30,232 nt of DNA from Spartobacteria bacterium (lineage in GTDB: Bacteria; Verrucomicrobiota; Verrucomicrobiia; Chthoniobacterales; Chthoniobacteraceae), in assembly GCA_043788785.1 (NCBI GenBank), contig JAYVTN010000170.1, positions 1-30,232 on the forward strand, in the 5' to 3' direction. A model generated the notes under the pieces. It searched no databases, had not been told where the DNA came from, and saw only the letters and a program-made list of their open reading frames with translations. The translations under genes and the position numbers were made by a program. Each line of letters begins with the position of its first letter. The stretch's first letter is position 1. Shown piece by piece: positions 8,433-17,037 of the stretch.

Positions 8433-9080
8433 TTAGCGATACAGGTCTTCGTACTTATCCGTCACGAAGCCATTTCCTGTGATTTCGCCGTCCGATGATT
8501 TTGCTTTCCACGAGAAAGAGGCCACCGACCAATCTCCGTGTATCTTCTGTGGGCCGGCGTTCGCGTCAATATGGCAGACGGCTCCGCCTTTTGCTGGAAT
8601 CGTTGTCGTGAATGTCTCGGACCCATTCCGAACGCCATTCTGTGTGTTCAATAGGGTAACCGTTACCTCTCCGACCCAGTCTTTGCTGGCCGGGTTGCGA
8701 AATGAGAAAAAGTACCGGAATTTTTGCGATTTTCCCAGGAACCCATCTTCGGCGATCCGCTTAACCATAAGGCTTACAGCCGTCAGGTTTTGGGGCTTGG
8801 CTGCCTCTGCCTCCGCTGCTGATGTCTTTTCCAGCTTGGGCCGTATTTGTTCGGCTAGTGCTACAGGCCAGCTTGCTCGCGCGAAAAAGCGGGGATCCGA
8901 TTTTTTCTTTTCTTCAAAACCGGCAATGAAAGCCTTGTTCCACTTGGAGTCTTTGACCCCGATATCAGGGTAACGCCTCACGGCCTCGGCCCGCCACTGA
9001 TCGGCTGTTTGAGCGCGCGCCGGTGCTGCGGCTCCCGCAATCAGCAAAATTGCCAGCCATATAAGGTGAAGGGGTTTCAT
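8433..9080 (-). CDS. Secreted hypothetical protein (moron-like)
   Basis: Signal peptide MKPLHLIWLAILLIAGAAAPARA-Q; AVRRYPDIGV...WPVALAEQ segment resembling a domain I recall from Chthoniobacterales proteins. Confidence 0.7.
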   Translation of the reverse strand: MKPLHLIWLAILLIAGAAAPARAQTADQWRAEAVRRYPDIGVKDSKWNKAFIAGFEEKKKSDPRFFARASWPVALAEQIRPKLEKTSAAEAEAAKPQNLTAVSLMVKRIAEDGFLGKSQKFRYFFSFRNPASKDWVGEVTVTLLNTQNGVRNGSETFTTTIPAKGGAVCHIDANAGPQKIHGDWSVASFSWKAKSSDGEITGNGFVTDKYEDLYR

Positions 9081-9121
9081 CTATTTGGGCTTTTTGTCAG
9101 GTTCGTGGGGCAACCCCCGGC

Positions 9122-9586
9122 TCAAGGCTGGGCGCCTTCAATAAGCAGGTAGACCGGTGTCCTCCAGTCTTCCGGGAGTTTCACCTTCGCGAACTGCAAG
9201 TACCTGTCCAAGTCAATGGGCCTGAAGTTTTTAGTTTCCGTCTTGGTTTCACCATTTGGAATGGTCGCAAGTGCCCAATGGTCCCCGAATGATCCGACCT
9301 CCATGCCGTATGCGTTGAAAATGCGGAATGTGTAATCAGGTTTCCGGGGCAGCTCGTTCGTGTTGAGGTAGGTAATGACCGCACTGGTTTTGCCGACCGT
9401 AATCCTTTTGATAAGGCCCCCATTCACCAGAATCTCCGGATCTGAAAGCGGGTACGCATGCAGGTGTAACTCGGGATTTGTTAGGACGACTTTCGGTAAA
9501 GTCGGCGCTTTCTCTTGAGCGCCCGGGGTCTGGCTGAAGGCGCAAACCGGCATCAGTAGGGCAAGGATTAGAATCAAAGGTTTCAT
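9122..9586 (-). CDS. Secreted hypothetical protein (moron-like)
   Basis: Real start MKPLILILALLMPVCAFS-Q at 9586; signal peptide. Confidence 0.7.
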   Translation of the reverse strand: MKPLILILALLMPVCAFSQTPGAQEKAPTLPKVVLTNPELHLHAYPLSDPEILVNGGLIKRITVGKTSAVITYLNTNELPRKPDYTFRIFNAYGMEVGSFGDHWALATIPNGETKTETKNFRPIDLDRYLQFAKVKLPEDWRTPVYLLIEGAQP

Positions 9587-9678
9587 GTTTTGGGTGGATT
9601 GGGGTTTCGGGGCTGTTGTTTTGCTTCTCGGCGCTCTGCCCGCTCGTAGATGTACCGACATTCCGCCAAGCGAACCCC
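9583..9678 (-). pseudogene. 3' remnant of an unidentified gene (possibly the repressor)
   Basis: GVRLAECRYIYERAERREAKQQPRNPNPPKT*; its TGA overlaps the ATG at 9586 (ATGA), which suggests a genuine gene end with no matching 5' part. Confidence 0.35.
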
Positions 9679-9679
9679 C

Positions 9680-9925
9680 CTCTTCAAAGCTAAGGAAGTA
9701 ATCGCGCGGATCGCGGTGGCCGAGACGGCAAGCGGTCCAGATCTTGTTTTCGCGCTCCATCTCGCCGCGTTTCCGCCCGATCTGGCCCCGGATGGTCTGG
9801 CAAGCGCGCTGGAAGAAATTGAAACGGTTCTCGATGATCTTGGTGGTGGGCGACTGGCTCTCAATGACGCGGAGCCCAAGGCCCTGCATGCCGCCGAGAC
9901 GCAGCATTTCATCGGTATTGGCGTT
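9680..9925 (-). pseudogene. Internal fragment of a MuA-like DDE transposase
   Basis: GGMQGLGLRVIESQSPTTKIIENRFNFFQ...GQIGRKRGEMERE...DPRDYFLSFEE resembles the K-x-IE-x-x-F region around the catalytic Glu; strong GC3 coding bias in this frame. Confidence 0.65.
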
Positions 9926-9941
9926 TGCTAATTTGGGTCAA
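9926..9941 (+). promoter_or_regulatory. Extended -10 promoter of the early operon
   Basis: TGcTAATTT with 7 nt to ATG 9942. Confidence 0.45.
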
Positions 9942-10139
9942 ATGTTACCGCGAAACAATATGGCGCAGGAACTGAAACGGAAAGGATGGAGTTATCGGCG
10001 GGCGGCCCAAGCCCTCGGCGTCAGTGTTGGACATCTATTCCTCGTTACCACCGGCGCCCGCAAAAGCAAACGGCTTACCGACCGCGTTTTCGCCCTCCCC
10101 GAAGCGCCTCGCCACACTCGCCGCACTCCCAAAAAATGA
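9942..10139 (+). CDS. Ner/Cro-like HTH regulator
   Basis: ELKRKGWSYRRAAQALGVSVGHL HTH; first gene of the rightward arm; start at 9942 or 9960. Confidence 0.75.
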   Translation: MLPRNNMAQELKRKGWSYRRAAQALGVSVGHLFLVTTGARKSKRLTDRVFALPEAPRHTRRTPKK

Positions 10140-10561
10140 TCACAGACTCCACAGCAAAGGCCACGCTCAAAGATCTCCAGTCTGAAGCCGCTAAGCCACA
10201 ACTAATCAATCGCGCCCCGGCGGCCTCGGGATCGCCTGAGCGGGAGACGCTCCGCAGCTTTCGGCCGTCCGAACCGGACGCGGCGCCCAGCCAGGAGGAG
10301 CGCCTGGGAGTAATCCGTACCGCTTCATTTACCCTGTGGTGCGACTCCAAACGCCGCTGGGAAAGCTGGCTCAAGCACCATCGCTGTGACCAGGCACCTG
10401 TTTCCGAATTGATCGGGCTGCCGGAGCCCCTGCGCGCCGCCGCCAAAGCCGAACACCTGCAATGGACGGCCGATACCGCAAAGCAACTCGGCAAAGCCCT
10501 TCGTTCTCTCCGCGCCTCCTACGCCATGGAGGTCGAAGCCTACGGTCTCTTTTCCAACTGA
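10136..10561 (+). CDS. Hypothetical early protein
   Basis: ATGA overlap with the Ner-like gene; MITDSTAK... Confidence 0.65.
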   Translation: MITDSTAKATLKDLQSEAAKPQLINRAPAASGSPERETLRSFRPSEPDAAPSQEERLGVIRTASFTLWCDSKRRWESWLKHHRCDQAPVSELIGLPEPLRAAAKAEHLQWTADTAKQLGKALRSLRASYAMEVEAYGLFSN

Positions 10562-10575
10562 TTTCCAATCCAAAT

Positions 10576-11025
10576 ATGCACACCACCACACCCTCCCAGC
10601 TGATTTCAATCAGCCCCGAGCTTCTCGAACCGCATCCCTCGCTGAGCGGTTTTCCGGAGTTGTCCAAGGACAAATACGACGCCCTACAGGCCTCCATCCT
10701 CGAACACGGCATCTTAGAGCCGATCGTGGCAGAGCAGCACGATCCGTTGGATTCCACTTATTACATCGTTGCTGGACGCAACCGCACGCGGATCGCAATT
10801 GAGCAGCACATTGCCGCTGTTCCGGTTCTGGTCCGGCCGGCCATGTCCCCGGACCAGGTGGTGGGCACATTGCCAGCCTCAACAGCGTCCATGACGAGCA
10901 GATCCAGCCCCTGCGCGAAGAGCTCGCCATGGTCGAGAGCAGTCTCCAGCTCTTTGTCACCAACAACCGCGCCACCCTCTTTCCCGAGGGCGGCAAGAAA
11001 TCAAAGGAATACGCCAACGCCGTGA
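10576..11025 (+). pseudogene. ParB/Srx N-terminal domain protein, truncated near 10850
   Basis: LEPHP...SILEHGILEPIVA...IVAGRNRTRIA...VPVLVR; the downstream sequence reads as Gam in another frame. Confidence 0.75.
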
Positions 11026-11303
11026 TCGGCTTCCGCGACACGCCCTTTGCGGTGCGAGCGCTGGTCAAAGGCGACAAAGACGCGATCATTGCCGAGCGCC
11101 TTTCGCAGTTGGACTGGGGCGACCCGTTCATGGACTGGGAGCCTGTCCTGGACAAAAAAGCCCTCATCGCCGCGCGTCTGGCGTTGACCCATGAGCAGCT
11201 CCAGACCGTTGGGATCCAGATCATCGACGGGGAGCAATTCTACATCGCGCCCAAAGCCGCCAGCGCCGAGCGCGTAGCCCACAACCTCGCGGAGGTCGGC
11301 TAA
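10866..11303 (+). pseudogene. gam: Mu Gam-like host-nuclease inhibitor, N-terminus missing
   Basis: IASLNSVHDEQIQPLREELAMVESSLQLFVTNNRATLFPEGGKKSKEYANAVIGFRDTP...VLDKKAL...GIQI...EQFYIAP; frame opens only at 10803. Confidence 0.7.
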
Positions 11304-11304
11304 C

Positions 11305-11580
11305 ATGTGCGACTGCATCAACAAGACCGAACAGGCTCTCAAGGAGTTTATGGCTTCTCCAAAGTCGCCCATGCGCACCGCACCCTCCGAGGTTTCCTGC
11401 GAAAACGTGATTAAGCGAATCAGCTTACGCCTGACACCCATCGGAAATGGTTTGAGGATCCCATTCAGTGCGGTCTGGAAAACGCCTGGCACGAAAAGCC
11501 GAAAGGTTCCGATCAACGTTGACGCCATCTTCTGTCCGTTCTGTGGAAACAGATTCCCCGAAGGAGTTGACTGCAAATGA
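11305..11580 (+). CDS. Small Cys-rich zinc-binding phage protein
   Basis: MCDC...FCPFCG. Confidence 0.7.
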   Translation: MCDCINKTEQALKEFMASPKSPMRTAPSEVSCENVIKRISLRLTPIGNGLRIPFSAVWKTPGTKSRKVPINVDAIFCPFCGNRFPEGVDCK

Positions 11581-11876
11581 GACTCAAAATTGTCCCTCGG
11601 GATCACGTTGCCGTTCCATTGGCTGTGACAACCTCCGGCCTCACGCTGGCGCAGATCGGCGCATTGGTCACGTTCAGCGCGTACCAAGAACTATGCCAAA
11701 GCCCGGAGCCCGATCCGAAAGCGATTGAGCAACTCAACTGGATCATGGGCACCGATGTCTTCGCGCTGGAAATGAAAGCGATGAAAGAGAAAGGCATCCT
11801 CAAGACCACCAAGGCAGTTGGATCGGACGGCAAAACGCTCTTCGTGCAAGTGGATCAACTTGGAGGCTGCCAATGA
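11577..11876 (+). CDS. Hypothetical protein
   Basis: ATGA-type overlaps on both sides. Confidence 0.65.
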   Translation: MRLKIVPRDHVAVPLAVTTSGLTLAQIGALVTFSAYQELCQSPEPDPKAIEQLNWIMGTDVFALEMKAMKEKGILKTTKAVGSDGKTLFVQVDQLGGCQ

Positions 11877-12484
11877 ATAGCCGCATCCGGGTTGAAAACA
11901 TCCCGGGCATGGGAATGGTCCGGACCGACCTGCCAACGGCCGGGGAACGCCGCTGCACAAGTGCCGCTAAAAAGCACCTGGGGCAAACACCCCAGGGCCG
12001 GACCCCGATTCCGAAATCCAAATCGGACCAGGCCGCAAAGCCGGATGTCAGGCAGGCGCCTGCCGGTGGCCTCAGCAAACCCCCAGAATCCGCAGAACCC
12101 CCAGAACGGCCTACAAACGCCGATCAGCCATCCGCCGCGCCTGAGCCCTTGCTAATCAATAAAAAAGCGTTTGCCGACTTTCGCGGGGCATTCCCGGGCG
12201 CGGCAAATGGCAAGTCAGAGTTCACATTAGAGAAATTCCGGGCGATGTACCCGGAGCCAGGCGATCAAACCCCATGTTTTGACCGGCTCAACGATTCCGA
12301 GCGGGCCTGTGATTATGAAGTGATCTTCTTCGCGATGCGGATCACAGGCGATCTCTGCTCATTGTTGAAGTCCCGCAATCTAGCCCAGACGGCTCAATAC
12401 CGGCTTGCCTCGGCATGCACGCATTTGATGGACGCCTTGGCCCATCGCCCAGTTCCCAATGCGAAAGGAGGCCAGCCATGTTAG
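11873..12484 (+). CDS. Hypothetical protein with Pro-rich linker
   Basis: Overlaps both neighbours; 203 aa. Confidence 0.55.
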   Translation: MNSRIRVENIPGMGMVRTDLPTAGERRCTSAAKKHLGQTPQGRTPIPKSKSDQAAKPDVRQAPAGGLSKPPESAEPPERPTNADQPSAAPEPLLINKKAFADFRGAFPGAANGKSEFTLEKFRAMYPEPGDQTPCFDRLNDSERACDYEVIFFAMRITGDLCSLLKSRNLAQTAQYRLASACTHLMDALAHRPVPNAKGGQPC

Positions 12485-12693
12485 CTGACATCCTGCACTG
12501 GCTAACCGCAAACCCCGGCGCCCTGTTCAGCGGCGTGCTCCTTTCTGGCATGGTCATGATGGCGCTCAGTTTCGGCCTCGGCTACGACGCGGGCCACGGC
12601 ATCGGCTATTGGCAGGGCCGCGACAAGCAAGAGGACATCGACCACGACGGGCAATCCCCCGCCATCGGCGGCGACCTGGAGGATCGTCCATGA
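12478..12693 (+). CDS. Small membrane protein
   Basis: MLADILHWL...TM segment...GYDAGHGIGYWQG. Confidence 0.6.
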   Translation: MLADILHWLTANPGALFSGVLLSGMVMMALSFGLGYDAGHGIGYWQGRDKQEDIDHDGQSPAIGGDLEDRP

Positions 12694-12977
12694 AGATCAT
12701 CCTAAAGATTGGTCGTATGACAGAGATCCTGCTCCCTGATGACAAAGGCGTTGCCACGGTCTTGAAAGTTCTGAGCCGTGGAATCGAGTGCAATGATCGT
12801 CTCTACCGGAAAGTGATCGTGGTCACTGACCAAGTGCCTGTGGAGATCAAGACTGTGCCCCGCGATGTAACCATCAAGCGGAGCGATGATCTCTACACGC
12901 CTAACTCTGAACTGGACGCCGATGCCCGTGGCCGCAAGCCGCTGGCCCTGCCCGAGCCCAAAAGCATCATCCTCTAA
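12690..12977 (+). CDS. Hypothetical protein
   Basis: MKIILKIGRM start with ATGA overlap. Confidence 0.6.
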   Translation: MKIILKIGRMTEILLPDDKGVATVLKVLSRGIECNDRLYRKVIVVTDQVPVEIKTVPRDVTIKRSDDLYTPNSELDADARGRKPLALPEPKSIIL

Positions 12978-12983
12978 ATCGCC

Positions 12984-13220
12984 ATGCCAAACTCAACCGA
13001 TCCACGAGACAAAGAGTACCTGAAGGAGATGGCCAGGGTCGTTGACTCCAAGTTACCCGATAACCATGGGTTCATCCTTCTGGCGTTCCCCTTCGGCGAG
13101 AGCCCGGACAACCGTTTGATCTACACGGCCAGCTGTCAGCGTGCGGACGCAATCAAAATGCTCAAGGAGTTCCTCTTTGCGCTCGGTGAATCGGAAGCCT
13201 GGATGAATCACATCCGCTAA
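12984..13220 (+). CDS. Hypothetical phage protein
   Basis: 78 aa, tight operon spacing. Confidence 0.6.
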   Translation: MPNSTDPRDKEYLKEMARVVDSKLPDNHGFILLAFPFGESPDNRLIYTASCQRADAIKMLKEFLFALGESEAWMNHIR

Positions 13221-13246
13221 CCCAAGAACCCGCCAGAACCCCCAGA

Positions 13247-13753
13247 ATGCGCCACTTCCACCTGCAACCCGCTCCCGACCGGATGACCACGCGCCCGGCG
13301 TCAAAGCCCCGGCCTGCAACGCCCGGCGCGCTCACTGGCCCGCTTTCGAATGAGCAGAAGGCCAGCGTCTGCATCCTGGCACGCGACGCGTACGCCTTGC
13401 AGTTTGTAGACCAGGAATACAGCGAGTGGCGCCGGGACCAGCAGCTGGCCGCCGTGGGCAAAGCCAGCCTATTGGATTGCACCCAGGACGATTTCCTTCG
13501 GCTGCGGAGCTGGTTCCAGAGGTTGGCAGGGGAAGAAGGCGACTCGATCCGGACCGGCACCCATCACACGACCGAGCCGCTGCGCGTGGCCATGCACAAG
13601 CTCTGTGAGCAGGTCCGCGAGCGCGGCCTTTCCATCGCTTACGCCGAGAGCATCTGCCAGCGCCAGTACAAGTGCCCATTGGAGAAGGCCAACGTCAAAC
13701 AGGTCTGGTGCCTAGTCTACACAATCCGCAACCGCAGAAAGCCAACCAAATAA
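13247..13753 (+). CDS. GemA/gp16-like regulatory protein
   Basis: LSNEQK...WRRDQQLAAVGKASL...Q.DF..LRSWF; position matches the Mu semi-essential region. Confidence 0.45.
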   Translation: MRHFHLQPAPDRMTTRPASKPRPATPGALTGPLSNEQKASVCILARDAYALQFVDQEYSEWRRDQQLAAVGKASLLDCTQDDFLRLRSWFQRLAGEEGDSIRTGTHHTTEPLRVAMHKLCEQVRERGLSIAYAESICQRQYKCPLEKANVKQVWCLVYTIRNRRKPTK

Positions 13754-13754
13754 T

Positions 13755-14093
13755 ATGCGCCCCATCGACATCCGAAACGAAAACTGGGAATCCATCCAAG
13801 ACCTTCTTACCGAGCAACGCGGCGAAGTCCTGGCTGCATGGCGAAACCTCGGCCCGGGCACAACCCGCGAAGTCGCGATCCGGTCCGGGATCGATCTGCT
13901 GAGCTTCCGGCCGCGCACAACCGAGCTACTGCAACTGTGCATGATCCAGTTGGCCGCCCGAAATGGTTTGGAAGGCGTTTACCAAGCCATCCCGGCGAGC
14001 TCTGCCCGCGCTTACTTCGAGACAACCCGCTTCGCAATCCTCAGCGAAGAGCAGCGCCGCCAAGAGCTAGCCTCCGCGCAATTTCCCACCTGA
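13755..14093 (+). CDS. Winged-helix DNA-binding protein
   Basis: GPGTTREVAIRSGIDLLSFRPRTTELLQL. Confidence 0.6.
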   Translation: MRPIDIRNENWESIQDLLTEQRGEVLAAWRNLGPGTTREVAIRSGIDLLSFRPRTTELLQLCMIQLAARNGLEGVYQAIPASSARAYFETTRFAILSEEQRRQELASAQFPT

Positions 14094-14097
14094 CTTT

Positions 14098-14241
14098 ATG
14101 ACAACCACCCTAATCCAAATCGCAGAAGCCACCGCCGCTACCAACGCCGCAAACGTCGATAGCATTTGCGCCGCAATCATAGGCTCTGTCGCGTTGATCG
14201 TCATCGGCGTTGTCGTGGTCTGCTTATCGAAAAATTCATAG
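14098..14241 (+). CDS. 47-aa single-TM protein (below track cutoff)
   Basis: MTTTLIQIAEATAATNAANVDSICAAIIGSVALIVIGVVVVCLSKNS*. Confidence 0.55.
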   Translation: MTTTLIQIAEATAATNAANVDSICAAIIGSVALIVIGVVVVCLSKNS

Positions 14242-14251
14242 CCCCGCACTT

Positions 14252-14288
14252 AGGTCCTTTTAGTCCCTTACGTCCCTTAGGTCCCTTT
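14252..14288 (+). repeat. Four 9-bp GTCCYTTNN tandem units
   Basis: ggtcctttt agtccctta cgtccctta ggtcccttt, upstream of dnaB. Confidence 0.8.
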
Positions 14289-14311
14289 CACACAACGCCC
14301 CACCCCCCAGA

Positions 14312-15763
14312 ATGCTCGAGCAACTCACACTGGAATCCGCCACCGCCCCGCGCAAGGCCCGCAAAGCGCGTGCCGAGTATCTGCCGGACATCCACCGTCT
14401 CCTGCCCCAGTCGGCGGATGCCGAGCGCGGCGTTCTCTCTGCGTTCCTTCTGGACCCGCGCGAAGTGGGCGGGATCTGCGCCGAAGCCAAGCTTGCGGCC
14501 GACAACTTCCACCTCGGCGCGCACAAGACCATCTACAGCGTTCTCATGGAGCTCTGGGACGCCACCAAGCCCATCGACTTCATCACGCTTACCCAGATCC
14601 TCAGTGATCGCGGCTCGCTCGAAGCCGTGGGAGGCGCGGCTTATATCACCGAACTCTTCACCTTCCTGCCTACCGCGGCCAATGCCGCCTATTATATTGG
14701 CATCGTAGAAGAGAAAGCCACCTTGCGCGGCATGATCCGGGTATGCGCCGAGTTCGGCGGCCGCTCCTACGACGAACAGGAAGACGTGCCTGCCCTACTC
14801 AGCGACGCCGAAGCCGCCATTCTCGGCATTGCCCAGGATCGGATCCGGGGCAAAGCCGCTGACATGAAACAAAGCGTGCTCGGCGCGCTTACCGCCATCT
14901 CCACCCTCCACGAGCGCCGGGGCGAGATCTCCGGGCTTTCCACCGGATTCGCGGACCTGGACAAAATGACCGATGGCCTGCACGGCTCGGAAATGATCGT
15001 CATCGCCGCGCGCCCGTCCATGGGCAAGACCGCGCTTGCCATGAACATGGCCGAACACATCGCTGTGGATCTGGGCAAAGCCGTGGCCGTGTTCAGCCTG
15101 GAGATGAGCACACAGCAGCTGGTGCAACGCCTGCTCTGTTCCCGGGCCCGGGTTAACATGGCCCGGGTCCGCGATGGGTTCCTGAACGAACGCGATTTCC
15201 CAAACCTGCAAATCGCCGCGTCAAAGCTGGCATCTGCAAAGATGTTCATCGACGACACCTCCGCCCTGAGCATTTTGGAATTGCGGGCCAAAGCGCGTCG
15301 GCTCAAGCAGCAGCACAACATCGCGGCGATCTTCATCGACTATATCCAGCTGTTGCGGTCCACATCCCGGCGGGGCCAGGACAACCGCCAGATTGAGATT
15401 GCCGAGATCAGCAACGGCCTCAAAGCGCTGGCCAAAGAATTGGATTTGCCGGTCGTGGTCCTCGCACAGCTCAACCGCAACCCGGAGAACCGCGGACCGA
15501 GCGGTTCTGGGGGGGGAGCAGGCCGGCCGCGTCTTAGCGATCTGCGCGAATCGGGTAGCATCGAGCAGGACGCGGACGTTGTTGGCCTATTGTTGCGGGA
15601 TGAGTATTATGCCGATAGCGACACGGAAAAGGAGGCGCTCAAGGGCATGGCCACGTTGATCATCGCCAAATCGCGCAACGGGCCCGTGGGTGATCTGCCT
15701 TTAACATTCCTCAAAGAATTTACCCGGTTCGAAACCCGGGCGTCTGAACCCTCAGAAGCCTAA
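14312..15763 (+). CDS. dnaB: Replicative DNA helicase
   Basis: PQSADAERGVL N-domain, AARPSMGKT Walker A, FSLEM, IDYIQL, LAQLNR, LSDLRESGSIEQDAD, IAKSRNGP. Confidence 0.97.
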   Translation: MLEQLTLESATAPRKARKARAEYLPDIHRLLPQSADAERGVLSAFLLDPREVGGICAEAKLAADNFHLGAHKTIYSVLMELWDATKPIDFITLTQILSDRGSLEAVGGAAYITELFTFLPTAANAAYYIGIVEEKATLRGMIRVCAEFGGRSYDEQEDVPALLSDAEAAILGIAQDRIRGKAADMKQSVLGALTAISTLHERRGEISGLSTGFADLDKMTDGLHGSEMIVIAARPSMGKTALAMNMAEHIAVDLGKAVAVFSLEMSTQQLVQRLLCSRARVNMARVRDGFLNERDFPNLQIAASKLASAKMFIDDTSALSILELRAKARRLKQQHNIAAIFIDYIQLLRSTSRRGQDNRQIEIAEISNGLKALAKELDLPVVVLAQLNRNPENRGPSGSGGGAGRPRLSDLRESGSIEQDADVVGLLLRDEYYADSDTEKEALKGMATLIIAKSRNGPVGDLPLTFLKEFTRFETRASEPSEA

Positions 15764-15803
15764 GCCCCCAGAACGAACCCCCCCAGAATCCAGAACTCTC
15801 CAA

Positions 15804-16235
15804 ATGGCCAAACCACCCACCCCAACGCAAGCGCCCCAGATGGTCACCATCTACCCGGCTGGCCTCAAGCTCCGGGTCAGCCCGGAGGAACCTCTGGCCC
15901 CGTGGCCCGCGCATGTCCCGATCCCCAACAGCATTGGCGTTTTCGAGTGGATCGCGGATCCTGCCAACCCGACCGCTTTCAAGCCCATGATCCGGGTCCA
16001 ATCGAGCATGGTCCGGATGCGGATGGGGATCACCGAAGAGCTGGGGCTCGGGCTGAGCTACAACAGCCTGCGCCGACTGATGCTGGCAGGGTTCGTGCGC
16101 AGCATCCAAGTAACCCCCGGCCAGAACGCCTTTTGTTTGCAGAGCTATTACAAGCACGTCGCCGCCGTCGCCGCCGATGCCGAGTTTTGGACCGGCCACA
16201 ACCTCAAGCGCTACATGGAGACCTTGGCACCATGA
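15804..16235 (+). CDS. Hypothetical protein with possible Xis/MerR-like wHTH; candidate late activator
   Basis: LGLGLSYNSLRRLMLAGFVRSIQVTP. Confidence 0.5.
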   Translation: MAKPPTPTQAPQMVTIYPAGLKLRVSPEEPLAPWPAHVPIPNSIGVFEWIADPANPTAFKPMIRVQSSMVRMRMGITEELGLGLSYNSLRRLMLAGFVRSIQVTPGQNAFCLQSYYKHVAAVAADAEFWTGHNLKRYMETLAP

Positions 16236-16498
16236 GCGAGGGAGCACGGATGATCCTTTCCCCTAAGCAGAGGGCTGTGATCCAGTTCGTTCGGGAATCA
16301 GGCTCCATAACTGTCGCGCAAGCTGTGAAACTGATTGGCGGGAACATCTACACCAATGAAGCGTTCCATTGCGGCAACGTGCTTCGGAATATGGCCAAGC
16401 GCGGATTGCTCGAACGATCAGCCCGGGGCGTCTATATCCATTTACAAGCGCCAGACCACGGATTGTTGGATGGGATGAACCCGAGGGCTCAGCGATGA
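16232..16498 (+). CDS. Small winged-helix protein
   Basis: LSPKQRAVIQFVRESGSITVAQAVKL...LRNMAKRGLLERSARGVY. Confidence 0.6.
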   Translation: MSEGARMILSPKQRAVIQFVRESGSITVAQAVKLIGGNIYTNEAFHCGNVLRNMAKRGLLERSARGVYIHLQAPDHGLLDGMNPRAQR

Positions 16499-17034
16499 GA
16501 AACGCCACATCAAAACCTCCGCGCCGATTTGTTCGGATGTTCAAGCCCCAGTTTGTTCCTTTAATTCAATCGGGCAGCAAGCGGACCACGCTTCGACCGA
16601 TCCCAAAGCGGAGGCCAGAAGCCGGGGATGTCATCGATATCCGGGAATGGGCATCGCTGCCTTATCGATCCAAACAACTCAAGATCCGCACCGCTCCGAT
16701 TGTGATTGTGCGCGATGCGGTGATTTGGGATGACGGCCTAGTTTTGGATGGTCTCATGCTCGGTTCCGAGGCCATGCTTGATGCTATCGCGAAAGCAGAC
16801 GGCTTCGATGGTTGGGAGCAAATGTACGATTGGTTCAAGCGTAGCTACAGCCTGCCCTTTCATGGAATCCTGATCTGCTGGGATCCTGATCGGGCGTGCC
16901 AATGGAGGCAGGTTCCCGATGGTGAAGAGTGCGGACAGATGGCAACGCATTGCCATTCAGAATCCACTTTGCGCTACTGCGACCGACATGCAGCGGCCTT
17001 TAGCGGCACGATCAAATTAGAACTCCTGGCATAA
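16495..17034 (+). CDS. ASCH/PUA-like domain protein with C-terminal Cys/His extension
   Basis: MFKPQFVPLIQSGSKRTTLRP...GD...AKADGFD; C-terminal C..C..HC..YC. Confidence 0.7.
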   Translation: MRNATSKPPRRFVRMFKPQFVPLIQSGSKRTTLRPIPKRRPEAGDVIDIREWASLPYRSKQLKIRTAPIVIVRDAVIWDDGLVLDGLMLGSEAMLDAIAKADGFDGWEQMYDWFKRSYSLPFHGILICWDPDRACQWRQVPDGEECGQMATHCHSESTLRYCDRHAAAFSGTIKLELLA

Positions 17035-17037
17035 TCA

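Noticed and set aside
9122-9907. Single 261-aa gene as given in the track
   Set aside because: Chance in-frame join of a transposase-like fragment, a linker and a signal-peptide gene starting at 9586.
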